Positions 38,805 through 48,722 of a stretch of DNA of 64,000 nucleotides are shown here, in pieces. Below the pieces are notes generated by a model, which saw only the letters and a list, made by a program, of their open reading frames with translations, was not told the DNA's origin and did no database searches. The stretch is from Entomortierella parvispora E1425 (lineage: Eukaryota; Fungi; Mortierellomycota): positions 2,170,001 through 2,234,000 of the forward strand of contig BQFW01000006.1 of the NCBI GenBank assembly GCA_020891255.1, written 5' to 3'. Each line of letters opens with the position of its first letter. Within the stretch, counting starts at the first letter, position 1. The position numbers were made by a program, and so were the translations under genes.

Positions 38805-39896
38805 TCACCGCCTATTGTTAAAGACCCAGCGAGCATTCACAACAGAGATGAGGACCACAGAGTTGTGAGTCACCTCAGCAGGCAAACTGCGATAAGCGGA
38901 TTGCACTGTTCGCGCCACTTTTCCGTTGGGAACCCAGACGTGCAGAATCTGCTTGAAGAATCGCTCATCGATGACATTTCGACTCGACGCCAGAATACCA
39001 GTCAACTTCTTCCACAGGAGCTTGCGACAAGCTGCCTTCCGGTAGGCTCCCGCTCCCTTGTACGCAAAGGCTCGAGTAACAGACACGCCGACACTCATCC
39101 GGGGAGACACGTTGGGAAGGGTCACTGTAAAGTCGGTAATGGGCTGCTCAGCAAACAGGTATCTAATCTCCATCTCGGTTCTTGCAAGGCGCGCGCCTAG
39201 ACACCGTCCTAGCACCTCGCAAGATAGCACTTCAGAAAGCAGGGAACTGCCGCCGGCGTTGGGCGTATGGAGCATCCGTAGAGAGTCCATTGACCAATCC
39301 ATATCATCAAACCCTAGTCCGCGGGCAACGCTCGTGTTCATGACAATACTAGTTGGTCGGGATCGAGTCAACAAACTCGCCACAAGTTCCGATATGGCAA
39401 AAGGGGACATATAGAACATGATGTCTGTCGACTTGTTACAGGCCATGGGGACGCGGGTGAAATCCATGTCCATGTTGACGTCATGGAGAGCCGTCTTGGT
39501 ACGCGGTACTATTGATCGAGACAAACTTTCCCTAGCAAAGTGCACTCCACAGTCCGTACGAGTGGCCTCCAGTGGGAGACTGCTTGGGATGCTTCTCAGC
39601 ACAGTCGGAACAGGAAGGAAGACTGACGTCGTAACCAACGTCGGAGCGCGCTGGAAGATACTGTTGGCCCAAGTGGAGCAAGGAACCACAATTGCAAAGA
39701 ATAGGCAACTTGTGGTGTCGCTGTCTGTTGTAGCAAATACGGCCCTCCTCTTCCGAGGAATCAGTCGTGGCGCTAGAGGAGCTAGAGGTGACCGTAGACG
39801 ACACGACGGCGACGGCTTTGCAAGTAAATGCCCGGAGCTCTGCCTGATAAAACAACGAGAGCATGGACATTGAAAAAACGTCTGAATTGGAGGCAA
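38805..39896 (-). CDS. AAC4-like protein, predicted restriction-endonuclease-like (PD-(D/E)xK) fold; 5' structure uncertain
   Basis: PNAGGSSLLSEVLSCEVL...LARTEMEIRY...PITDF...VGVSVTRAF...LWKKLTGILASSRNV...KQILHVW. The ORF-track start is TTG; the first in-frame ATG is at 39473. Confidence 0.7.
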   Translation of the reverse strand: MPPIQTFFQCPCSRCFIRQSSGHLLAKPSPSCRLRSPLAPLAPRLIPRKRRAVFATTDSDTTSCLFFAIVVPCSTWANSIFQRAPTLVTTSVFLPVPTVLRSIPSSLPLEATRTDCGVHFARESLSRSIVPRTKTALHDVNMDMDFTRVPMACNKSTDIMFYMSPFAISELVASLLTRSRPTSIVMNTSVARGLGFDDMDWSMDSLRMLHTPNAGGSSLLSEVLSCEVLGRCLGARLARTEMEIRYLFAEQPITDFTVTLPNVSPRMSVGVSVTRAFAYKGAGAYRKAACRKLLWKKLTGILASSRNVIDERFFKQILHVWVPNGKVARTVQSAYRSLPAEVTHNSVVLISVVNARWVFNNRR

Positions 39897-40793
39897 ACAG
39901 TGTTGCGGGGAAGTTCGAGACCACGTCGCTGACGGTCCTCGAGCTGGGAACTACATGTACTGAAGTTACTTTAGACATTTTTTTTAAAGTGGGTGCGTGT
40001 TGTGGGGGTGGTTTGGGTATGATTGCTTTTGAGTTCCAGAGTGGCAATGCCAGCGATATTTATATCATGGCTAATGCGACCCAGCCCCCGCAACGCCCAC
40101 CTTTGGTCACAGTGCTGCGGCAAGGGGCAGCAGCAGCAGGGCCCTGCTGGTAAGACTCCGTCACCGCATATGAAATTCCAAGAAAGTGTGGAGGCGCGAC
40201 ATGGTCCGTAGTGACTCAGAACGTCCTTCCCTTCGCACAAGCGAGCATCTTGACGTTATGGACGCGTCTGGGGTGCATTGATTAAAAGTTCTTTAGCGCA
40301 AGGTGATTTATCTTGAGCGTAAAAGGGCTCCTTGTGGGACCCGTCTAGAGATGGACGTTAGCTCGAGTTTGCGTGGCAGTGCATCGCGGATGAGAGGGGA
40401 GATGGTAGCAGATGGACGATGGATAAGGAGATGATTGAACGGATAGCTGGATCAATGGGGATGAACATTGGGTGACATTCCAGGCACATTGTCCTGTCAT
40501 CATCTCTCAGGAACATGAATGGTCGCGCCGCCGTCAGTGCCACGAGAGAATGATGGGCGAGAGCAAGGTGCGCTTTGCTGCTCTCCCCATTCCAATCCAT
40601 TTCCCCTTCACTTTGCCTCGGTCGCTTCCTCGCCCTTGTCTTTTTTTATTCTTCCCCTTCTGTCCTCTCTCGCGCCGCTCCATCCGTTCTCATCCTCCAT
40701 CCTCCCCCTTCCAGTCATCCTGACAATTTATATTTCTAATTCTCACAGTCTTCACCATTCATTCTTCATCTCCCCATCCCCTGATTGTGTACC

Positions 40794-42680
40794 ATGAATA
40801 TCTTTGGCAGGAAAAAGAAACAGGAGGAACCAGCACCTACCCAGCCCGTGGCAGCCTCGGCCCCGACCACAAACCAGGCAGCTCGAGACCGCAACAATGC
40901 TAACCGGGGCTCTAGTGTGAACAACATCACCATCCCGCCGCGCACCAACTCCACCGGTGCCACACCAAATGCTGCCTCAGGTCCCGTGAATCAGCATGGA
41001 CCCAGCACGCCCAACGCCGCAAATACGGGCAACAGCCCGAGGAACAACAACAACTTGGAGCTGCAGCTCCAGCAGCAGCTTGTTCAGCAGCAGCAGCAGC
41101 AGCAGTTTTATCTCCAGCAGCAACAGGCCCAGCAACTTCAATTCCAACAGCAACAGCAGCAGCAGCAGCAGCAGCATGCTGACACTGCCTCACTGAACTC
41201 AGCCATGCTTCCCCAGCAACAAGCGCAACAGTCGACACAAACATCGGGAACATACAATGGTGACCAGCTCGTGTCCCAGCCGATTCAATACCCCTCGTAC
41301 CATGAGCAACAGACACAAGGAGGCAGTGCTGGCGTCAATGAACCTCCGCATGAAGGAGGCTATGCTGGAGGAGCGATGCAGGAGGACCAGCAATCATTGC
41401 CTCAGGATAGTAACGGTCACCCGGATGGATATTACGGCCAGCAACCTAGCTTTGAAAATGGTAGCGGTACTCTCAACAGTGGACCTCTTGTCCTCCCTGG
41501 CGATACCGCTAACAGCAACAGCTCCAATGGCGGCTCCAATGCCGCTAACGGCCTTCCTAATGACTTTGATGACATCAACAACAACAACAACGCAGGCGCT
41601 AGCAGTGGCGAGCCCAGTCAAGGCTCGGGCGAACTTGTGCTCTCGACTGATGTCCGCAAATTGCAAGAGGAAGTTCTGAGCTGGCAAAAGTCTCAGGAAG
41701 TATCGCAGGCCAAGGTCGGTCAATTGCGACAGACCCTGACCCAAAAGTCTCAAGAGAACCGGGAGCTGCATCAATCCTTGACACAGGTGACGCAGGATCG
41801 ATTGATGCTTCAGGAACTTGTGCACAAGCGCGAGAAGGAGATGGACGACCTGCGGTCAAAATACCTTAGCGACGTCCGCCAGATTCGCGCCACAGATGAC
41901 GATCACTCGACGATCGAGCAGCGTATCCGTATGCTTCAGGCGGCCATCTTGCAATTTACAAAGTCCTCTGCTGGCGACAGGGCTGCAAACTTGAATCAGG
42001 ATGAGGCTCAGCAGCTGGTGAAGAAGAAGTACAAGTTTGGCAACACGCAACCCTATATCCTGAACATGTTCTTGGAAAAGTTCATCATGGACTCGCTTCT
42101 CGAGGACGTCTTTCATGGACCTTTCTACGTTGGCTTCAGTCTTGCACCGGAATACAGCGCAATGTACAAGTGGATGATCGAGAACAGCTTTACGGATCAG
42201 GCTGTGCGATTCCGTCAGCAAGTCTGTTTCATGTCTGCAAAGTCACCCGTGGCCCAGGCACACGCACAGGAGGAGGCAGTTAGGATCGCAAAGATATTTG
42301 AAGTCAAGCTGGAAAAACTGTACAACAACTGGACAGGATATCAGAAGGTAACGAAACGAGCGGATGAACATCGATAAATTCAATTGCACCCAGTCATTTT
42401 TATGAGAATGATGTTCACAATCTTCTTTTTTATTGTGGCTCTTCTATGATCGTAGATCTTGGATTTGGTCACCAAAGCCATCGAGCTGAGCTTGACGATG
42501 CGTAGTCAAAACGCAGAGATTCAGGCTGTAGTGATTCCTGGCGATACAGATTTTGATCCGGAACGGATGGTGCCAGCGCACAAGAGCAAAGACGGAGGAA
42601 AGGTCAAGGTGTGCGTCATGCCCTGCTTTGTGGATACGAACGGCGTGGTGGTGGGCAAAGCAAAGGTCTTCTGCGGATAG
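40794..42680 (+). CDS. Uncharacterised Q/N-rich coiled-coil protein with a GrpE-like beta-sheet C-terminal domain, one intron
   Basis: MNIFGRKKK, polyQ, coiled coil, IRATDDDHSTIEQRI; last exon GDTDFDPERM...VKVCVMPCFVD...VGKAKVFCG*. Confidence 0.6.
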
Positions 42681-43474
42681 GTTGCATGCCTGAACACAGC
42701 GGTTCAATAATAAACTTACTAGTCGGTCCTGGTGTCTTGCTCTGTTACTCTCTTTTGTTCCTCTTCTCCCGCTCCTTCTTTCTCGGCTCTGTTCTCTTTG
42801 AGCGCAAGCAAGGCGCAATGGACCCCCCAGCAACGGTGGATGGAGGCACGTGTTGGCTTTTGTGTAGATGGATCAAGTCAAACTTCCATTAATGAATAAT
42901 TTCAAATATGAAGGTTAATCGACATTTTATCACGTGGTGAAAGCAGTCCAAACTTTATACAAGGCAGCGCGGTCCATGGCATTTCGCTTTTGTTTCGACG
43001 CGAAACAAATGCCACATCTACTTTCATATCTTCTCCTCCCTCTCTCTCGCTTTCACTCCTGCGCTTTCCTTTCACTTTCTTGCTCTCTCTTTGATCTGCC
43101 CATCAATCCTCAGACCACGACATCTGTCAGTTCCTTCCCCTACTCATCGCAAAGACACCAGTTCCTCCCATCCAAAAAGCACCACGAACACAGTCCACAG
43201 CAACCAACCTTTTAGTGGTCTTTGTTTATTCGAAACGTTCACCATCCATTGTCACCACAGCGCCGCCTTTGTTCGCAAAGCACGAATTGCAGCAGACTCA
43301 ACAAGGTTGTTTTATCCACAGGCAGCCGACTCCATTACGGCTGCGTTTGAAGTCAAAAGTTTAAGAGGCTAAAGACCCATCAAGAGTGGGGTAAGCCCAA
43401 TTGCCCTTCGAGATACAGTAGCATCCAGCCAGGAATCTAACCTTGCTAGCACCCCTCTTGTAGATATCTCCACC

Positions 43475-43942
43475 ATGGGTATCGCCGGATTGTGGCCCTT
43501 GATCAAGACCGCGGGGATTCATGTGGATCCAAAAACCATAACCATCAACAACCTGCACTACGACGTGATGGCTTGCCACTACAATGATTTTATCAATGCC
43601 ACAGTTGATAAAAAAAGCCTGCGTTATACGTCCGACTCGTCCCAGCCAGGCGGGGGCCCTGGGACAGGGCTATCGTCCTCTTCCGCACAACAGCCTGTTG
43701 TCTCCTCATCAACGGTCGCAACCGTTCCGGCTCATCAAAATATCAGAGATTTGGCGAAGAAGATCTTTGACGACACCTGGGCCCTATTTCCACTATGCCA
43801 GTCCATATCGTTCCACCTGGATGGTGCGGACGGCTACACCAAGGAACAAGAGCACGCTCGTCGAGCCAAGACGCGGCAACAAGCACGTCACCGTGCCAGG
43901 GTTTGGAATCAAGAGAAACCGAAACGTCATCAGGGACTTTGA
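43475..43942 (+). pseudogene. Truncated XPG/FEN1-like (PIN-fold) nuclease N-region, out of frame with the downstream H3TH/Fanzor frame
   Basis: This frame ends at 43942. The H3TH-like motif starts at about 43875 in another frame. No I-region EAD/DxD motif lies between them and there is no canonical intron. Confidence 0.65.
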
Positions 43943-46900
43943 CCCTGCGGTCGTCCAGGCACGGAAAGAGAGGGAGGCAGAAGAGCGGAGAAGGAAGGCT
44001 GCCCTGAAAAAGTCAACATCCAAGGGAAAGTCTTCAAGGAAAAGGACCAGAGACGCCTCTCCTACTGAACTGCCGGCAGATACAAGCACGATGGTTTCCT
44101 CTTCCCCCTCCGTCATCTCGGTGGCTGTTATCTCCCGAAAGCGAGAGGCATCCCGAAAGCGAAAGGCCTCCCCAGTGGATGAGCGTTGGCGGACAATGAC
44201 TCCACGTCAATATCTGAGCCGTTACTGTGAGGCGGTGACAGAGAGTCTAAAGGACGAGCGTCGCGTTCTGCCAAGTCGATACGAGCGATCCCTTCTGGCT
44301 TTTGCTTTTCTCTGCACATCCCTGGCTGGGAAGAAGGACGACAAGGTTTTATTGAAAGCTGGAAGGAACATACGTCAATATGAGCCACGCACCATCGAAG
44401 AAGGGGACGAAGAACAAGAAGAGATTGGTCCAGATCAGTTGGGACCTCCTGTAGAGATCGATGAGCCAAAGCTGTTCCAGGATCTCTATAACCGATATGT
44501 CCAGGAGATGGGCAGAAGCAGAGCCCTTCCTGCAAACCCAGTGTCGGTCTCGACGTAAGTGCTTTGGTAGTTTGAAAAATGTGTATAAGAGTGCTAAGTT
44601 GACAATATTACTCATCCAATGTGCTCAATGTCAATTTCTATAGTCTTAAGACATATAACTGCAGTTATCGCAATCATGGGCGCAGTCGTTGGCGTAACCC
44701 CTACGAACACATCTTTCCTCGCGTTGATTCCAATGGCAATGCCTCCTTTCTTGCTGGTCTCGAAGTCGCAGACATTGGGAACTGCAAAGAAAGGCCTCAT
44801 GGACCACACCAAAAACAAGGTGGTCGCAAGGGTCAAGGTATGGTCAAAAAAAACATGGCCAAACGTCGCAAACGCAAGACCAAGGCTGATGCTGGAACGG
44901 GCCGGGTGAAGATCTACCAGCAAAAGGCAGAGATTGACCCTACAAAGCCCACCAAGGAGTCTAATGTCACTGCAGAAACAACAAAGCGCCGTCAAATGGT
45001 CAAGGATTTTGTCACCATTACCATCACGGCCGGATCCCTGCTTGGTAACATCCAGCAGTGTCTATCTGGTGCCGAGGCGATTGCAGTCAACAAACGCATT
45101 CAAGATTGCGTGGCCACAAAACTCAGACTGGAAAACGATCTGTACGACATCTATGCTGTCTGCATTGACAAGTTCCGCCAGAGAACTACAGCGGCTGCTG
45201 TTCTATCCTCTCTTGTTGGTCCATCTCTTGCTGGTCCGTCCTCCGTTGGTCCATCTCTTGCTGGTCCGTCCTCCGTTGGTCCATCTCTTGCTGGTCCGTC
45301 CTCCGTTGGTCCATCTCTTGCTGGTCCGTCCTCCGTTGGTCCATCTCTTGCTGGTCCGTCCTCCGCTGGCCTGGCCTCCACTCCCCTGTCAGCGTTGCAG
45401 GGCACCGACGGTCTCCCAGATGACTTTTTCGAACAGATTGTCGGCCCTCGCGCCAATACAATTGCATTTGGCCTGATACCCTTTCTCTTCAACGGCACCA
45501 GAACTCAGGGTGCAAAGAGTCCTGAGGCTGCCACTGTTGCCTCAATGTTTGCTATATACAAAGAGTCTCTACCTATACCTTTTTCGAGCTATAAGGAGAG
45601 AGGCTGGCAGACGTTTGACACGAATGCAGGGCAGTCTTCGGCTGTACAAGTCGTCAAGAATATCAAACACCATTATCGGACAGCAAAAGTAGGTATTTTG
45701 ACGATCATAATCTATGAACAAAGCACAGATGAACTAACATTGTGTACTGTCTATCAAATTAGATCAACCATGAGGTCTGGCCAAAGTCCACCAAGAACGA
45801 CTACATTGCGTGGTTTTTTCAGCACAATAAGGGTCAATTTGCTGACTATGTTCAAGGCAAAATTGCGTCCCAGTTCACACGGGTTGATAGTGCCGACCTT
45901 TTTCGGTTTCTGGCTGCAAAACAGCCTGCACCAAGTAGCGCAGAAGACCCTATTCTGAAACAGCTTCTTCTTCGCATTTTTGGTGCAGACAAGCCAAACC
46001 AAAATCAACGGATGCGGTATGTCACGAAACACAAAGGATGGCTTTTTTCCCAGATTCTTTACAAGATCGATCCACCGGGGACCACCCGATTTCGAAGGTA
46101 CCATCGTAAAGCCCGGCTGCAGGATGATGAGGACGACCCCAACCCACTGGTGCTAGGTCAAAGTCTCCAGACGAACGGGCGTGTCCTCAATATTCAAGTA
46201 TCCGATACGAGACGACCCAAGCCCAAAAAGAAGAAAAAATCGGAGGATCCGGACAGCCAAGATCCAGCTGACGACAAAGACGATGAGGACGATGATGAAG
46301 ACGACGATGAAGACGACGGTGGCGACGGTGACGACGATTTTTTCGACTACAATGAGGACGATGACCCCAACGAGATGCAGCCACTGAAAGACGACGACGA
46401 CGAGGATCATGAGGAAGCCATCCCAGCCGATGCAGATAAACAGACAACCCAGACTGGAGTCGCATCCCAGCCCACATCCAAGCCAAAGAACCCAGGTCCT
46501 GTCACGTTCAACAATGGCTCCACGTACACTTTTGGCAAAGGGTCTGCCACATTGCCCAATGCCAGCGCGTTTGACTTTGGCGATATTACCACGGGAGAGG
46601 TCACTGTCATTGGCATCGATCCTGGCGAAGTATTCTCGATGACAGCCACGCGCCTGAGACTCAATGCCGAGAAATCAGGGACAACAAACGACCGTGCGTC
46701 CAAGCGCATTCGACGGTCATTTCTTTACCATCCGGTCCGACTGTTCCAAGAGGCTGTCAGGGTGAAAAAGGTCAAAGAGCATATCCATCTGCTCGAGACA
46801 AATATCCCGCCCTTCAAGCCTCTATCCATTTTAGAGCGGATGCGTTACCTGCATTCACCGGCCCAGCAGGTTCTGGGGAGGTTACTAGGACCGAATACAC

Positions 46901-47619
46901 CAGTGTCAAACCTTCAAGGCACAGTGAAGGACGTGCTGTTTGACTTTTACCACTCCCCTTGGATGCTAAAGAGAAAGTGGGACATGAGGAAGGCGCAACA
47001 GAGGGCCATTGATCTTGCGATGGACCAAATCTTCAAGCTCGCGGGAGTCCTCTCGGGCAGGAAGGCCGATGGTAGTGCTGGAACAACGGTGGTGTTTGCT
47101 CTTGGTCTTGGCTCATTCAACTCTCGGACGGGCCTGCCATCTAAACATGGGCCATTGGAGCGGCGATTCACTCGAAGGGTAAGTAATAATACCGCAAGGA
47201 AAATAACAACAAAAAAAAAAAAAAAAAAAAAAAAAAAATCGTATGGTTCCCTGTTGACATCATCAATTAACATTTTTTCCCCTTTGTTCTGATACATGAT
47301 ACAGGCCAGGCGGCTAGGATACATTGTCGTTGGCGTGGATGAGTACTACACCAGTGCAAAGTGTCTCCGCCAAAACTGCGATGCGTTCTTGCAGTATGGA
47401 GAGCGACGATCCAAGTATTGCACGGCATGCAAGCAGTACTTTGATCGCGATGTGGTGGGATCGGAGAATATTGCGTATATCTGTATGCAATTCATTCTGG
47501 GACAAGAGAGACCGCCAAAGTTCTGCCCAATTCCGGAACCGTTCCACCTTACTGTCACGAATGTTAAGGACGCCGTCGTTGAGCTGGGTACAATGACCAT
47601 CAAAAGCCTCCTTGGCTGA
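43584..47619 (+). CDS. Fanzor1-like RNA-guided DNA endonuclease; spliced frame 43584-44554, 44644-45688, 45763-47178, 47305-47619 is open (about 1248 aa)
   Basis: Splice phases were checked by hand (2, 0, 0) and keep the frame open. RuvC-I D at 46618-46620, RuvC-II E at 47341-47343, RuvC-III D at 47449-47451. Zinc finger CLRQNC...CTAC. Confidence 0.8.
45215..45364 (+). repeat. Five perfect 30-bp tandem repeats encoding (VGPSLAGPSS)5
   Basis: GTTGGTCCATCTCTTGCTGGTCCGTCCTCC x5, head to tail, no spacers. Confidence 0.98.
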
Positions 47620-48722
47620 CTCCTTTATTGTACCGAGGAACAAGAACCATACCGAGAACCATACCAAGAACCATATAAGCCATTCGGAAAATGGCTAACC
47701 GATGTAAGTGTTTACAAGTGTTTTTGTCTGCCCCTCCCTCATACACAGCAATGCCCGTTAATAGATTCCTGACCCCCAAACCCTTTCTTTCTCCTGCCTA
47801 ACCTAACCTACCTCCTTGCCGCATGGGCTGATCAGTTACAACAAGTAAGTTGCAGATGTCCTTTTTTTTTTGGGCATTAGTTGTCAACCTTCTTATAATG
47901 AACTAACGTATTCTCACGATTTTATTCATTTACACGGGTTTAGCTGTATTATGGCTGCCTTCCCTTTTCAACGTGGCATGAATCGCTCAGCCACTCAAAT
48001 ATCTTGAACCTCCCGGTGCAGAGCGGAACATTGTGGAGTGACAGCAATCCAGCTGCAGTGAATTGTGGCAGGCGCACGTTACAGAGGTGCACTGGCGTAT
48101 ATCAAGTGGATACGAAAGGGATGGGTTGAGAGAGGGAACAAGAGACAGAGAGGCGACAATGAGGATGATCCGGCTCGGGATCAGCATCAAGATCAGGATC
48201 ATAACCGATAGGATAGGAGCCAAGCTGCAAGGACAGCCACCCAAAAGCGCCAGAGGTCCAGACCCGCTTGAAATCTTCCTTTCTCTTTCCAGCAGCGGGA
48301 CCAAAGTCTTCCGCCCCGTCCAAGCTCAATCCTTTCCTTCTCCTCCAGCTCAATAGCCTACACCCCCTCTTTTCTTGTGCCATCATTTGTTCTTCATCCA
48401 CAATCTCCATTCAGATTCAATCCTTTTCCGCGCTCGGTCCATTCATTCCTCCATTCTACACTAGGCAGAAAGTACGTGTCTAATAGAACAGTCCTTGAGA
48501 GTGAATAATGGCCAACCATCGTCGCACGTTCTTGTCGGAGACAGAACAAAATAAGGATTTCATGATTGGACAGAAAGCAGACGGTGCTCTCTTGCCTCAT
48601 TTAGAAGATTGAGTGTTGGACCATTGTTCCCGCGAAGGAAACTGCCCGCTTGGCCTTTGGTCTGGACCCTCACTTGAGTCAGCTTTTCCCATAAGAAGGA
48701 GGACAATGTCGACAATCAAAAA

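Larger units (their letters stand above)
43475..47619 (+). mobile_element. Fanzor (eukaryotic TnpB-like)-encoding element with an N-terminal XPG/FEN1-like nuclease remnant; element ends not defined
   Basis: XPG-N motifs MGIAGLWPLI, LHYD and FHLDG...KEQEHARR; H3TH-like GNKHVTVPGFGIKRN. C-terminal TnpB/Fanzor motifs: LQTNG, VIGIDPG, DEYYTS, CxxxxC..CxxC and FDRD...SENI. Spliceosomal introns at 44555-44643, 45689-45762 and 47179-47304, plus a 5'UTR intron 43391-43463. Confidence 0.85.

Noticed and set aside
45215-45364. 30-bp repeats as a CRISPR array
   Set aside because: Units are contiguous with no spacers, lie in frame inside an exon, and there are no cas genes; it is a coding minisatellite.
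47209-47238. Poly(A) run as a retro-insertion tail
   Set aside because: It lies inside a canonical intron, has no target-site duplication, and long A/T runs are common in introns throughout this window.
48102-48410. 102-aa minus-strand ORF next to the Fanzor tail as an accessory gene
   Set aside because: Low-complexity translation of GATC-rich and CT-rich promoter-like DNA; no motif.
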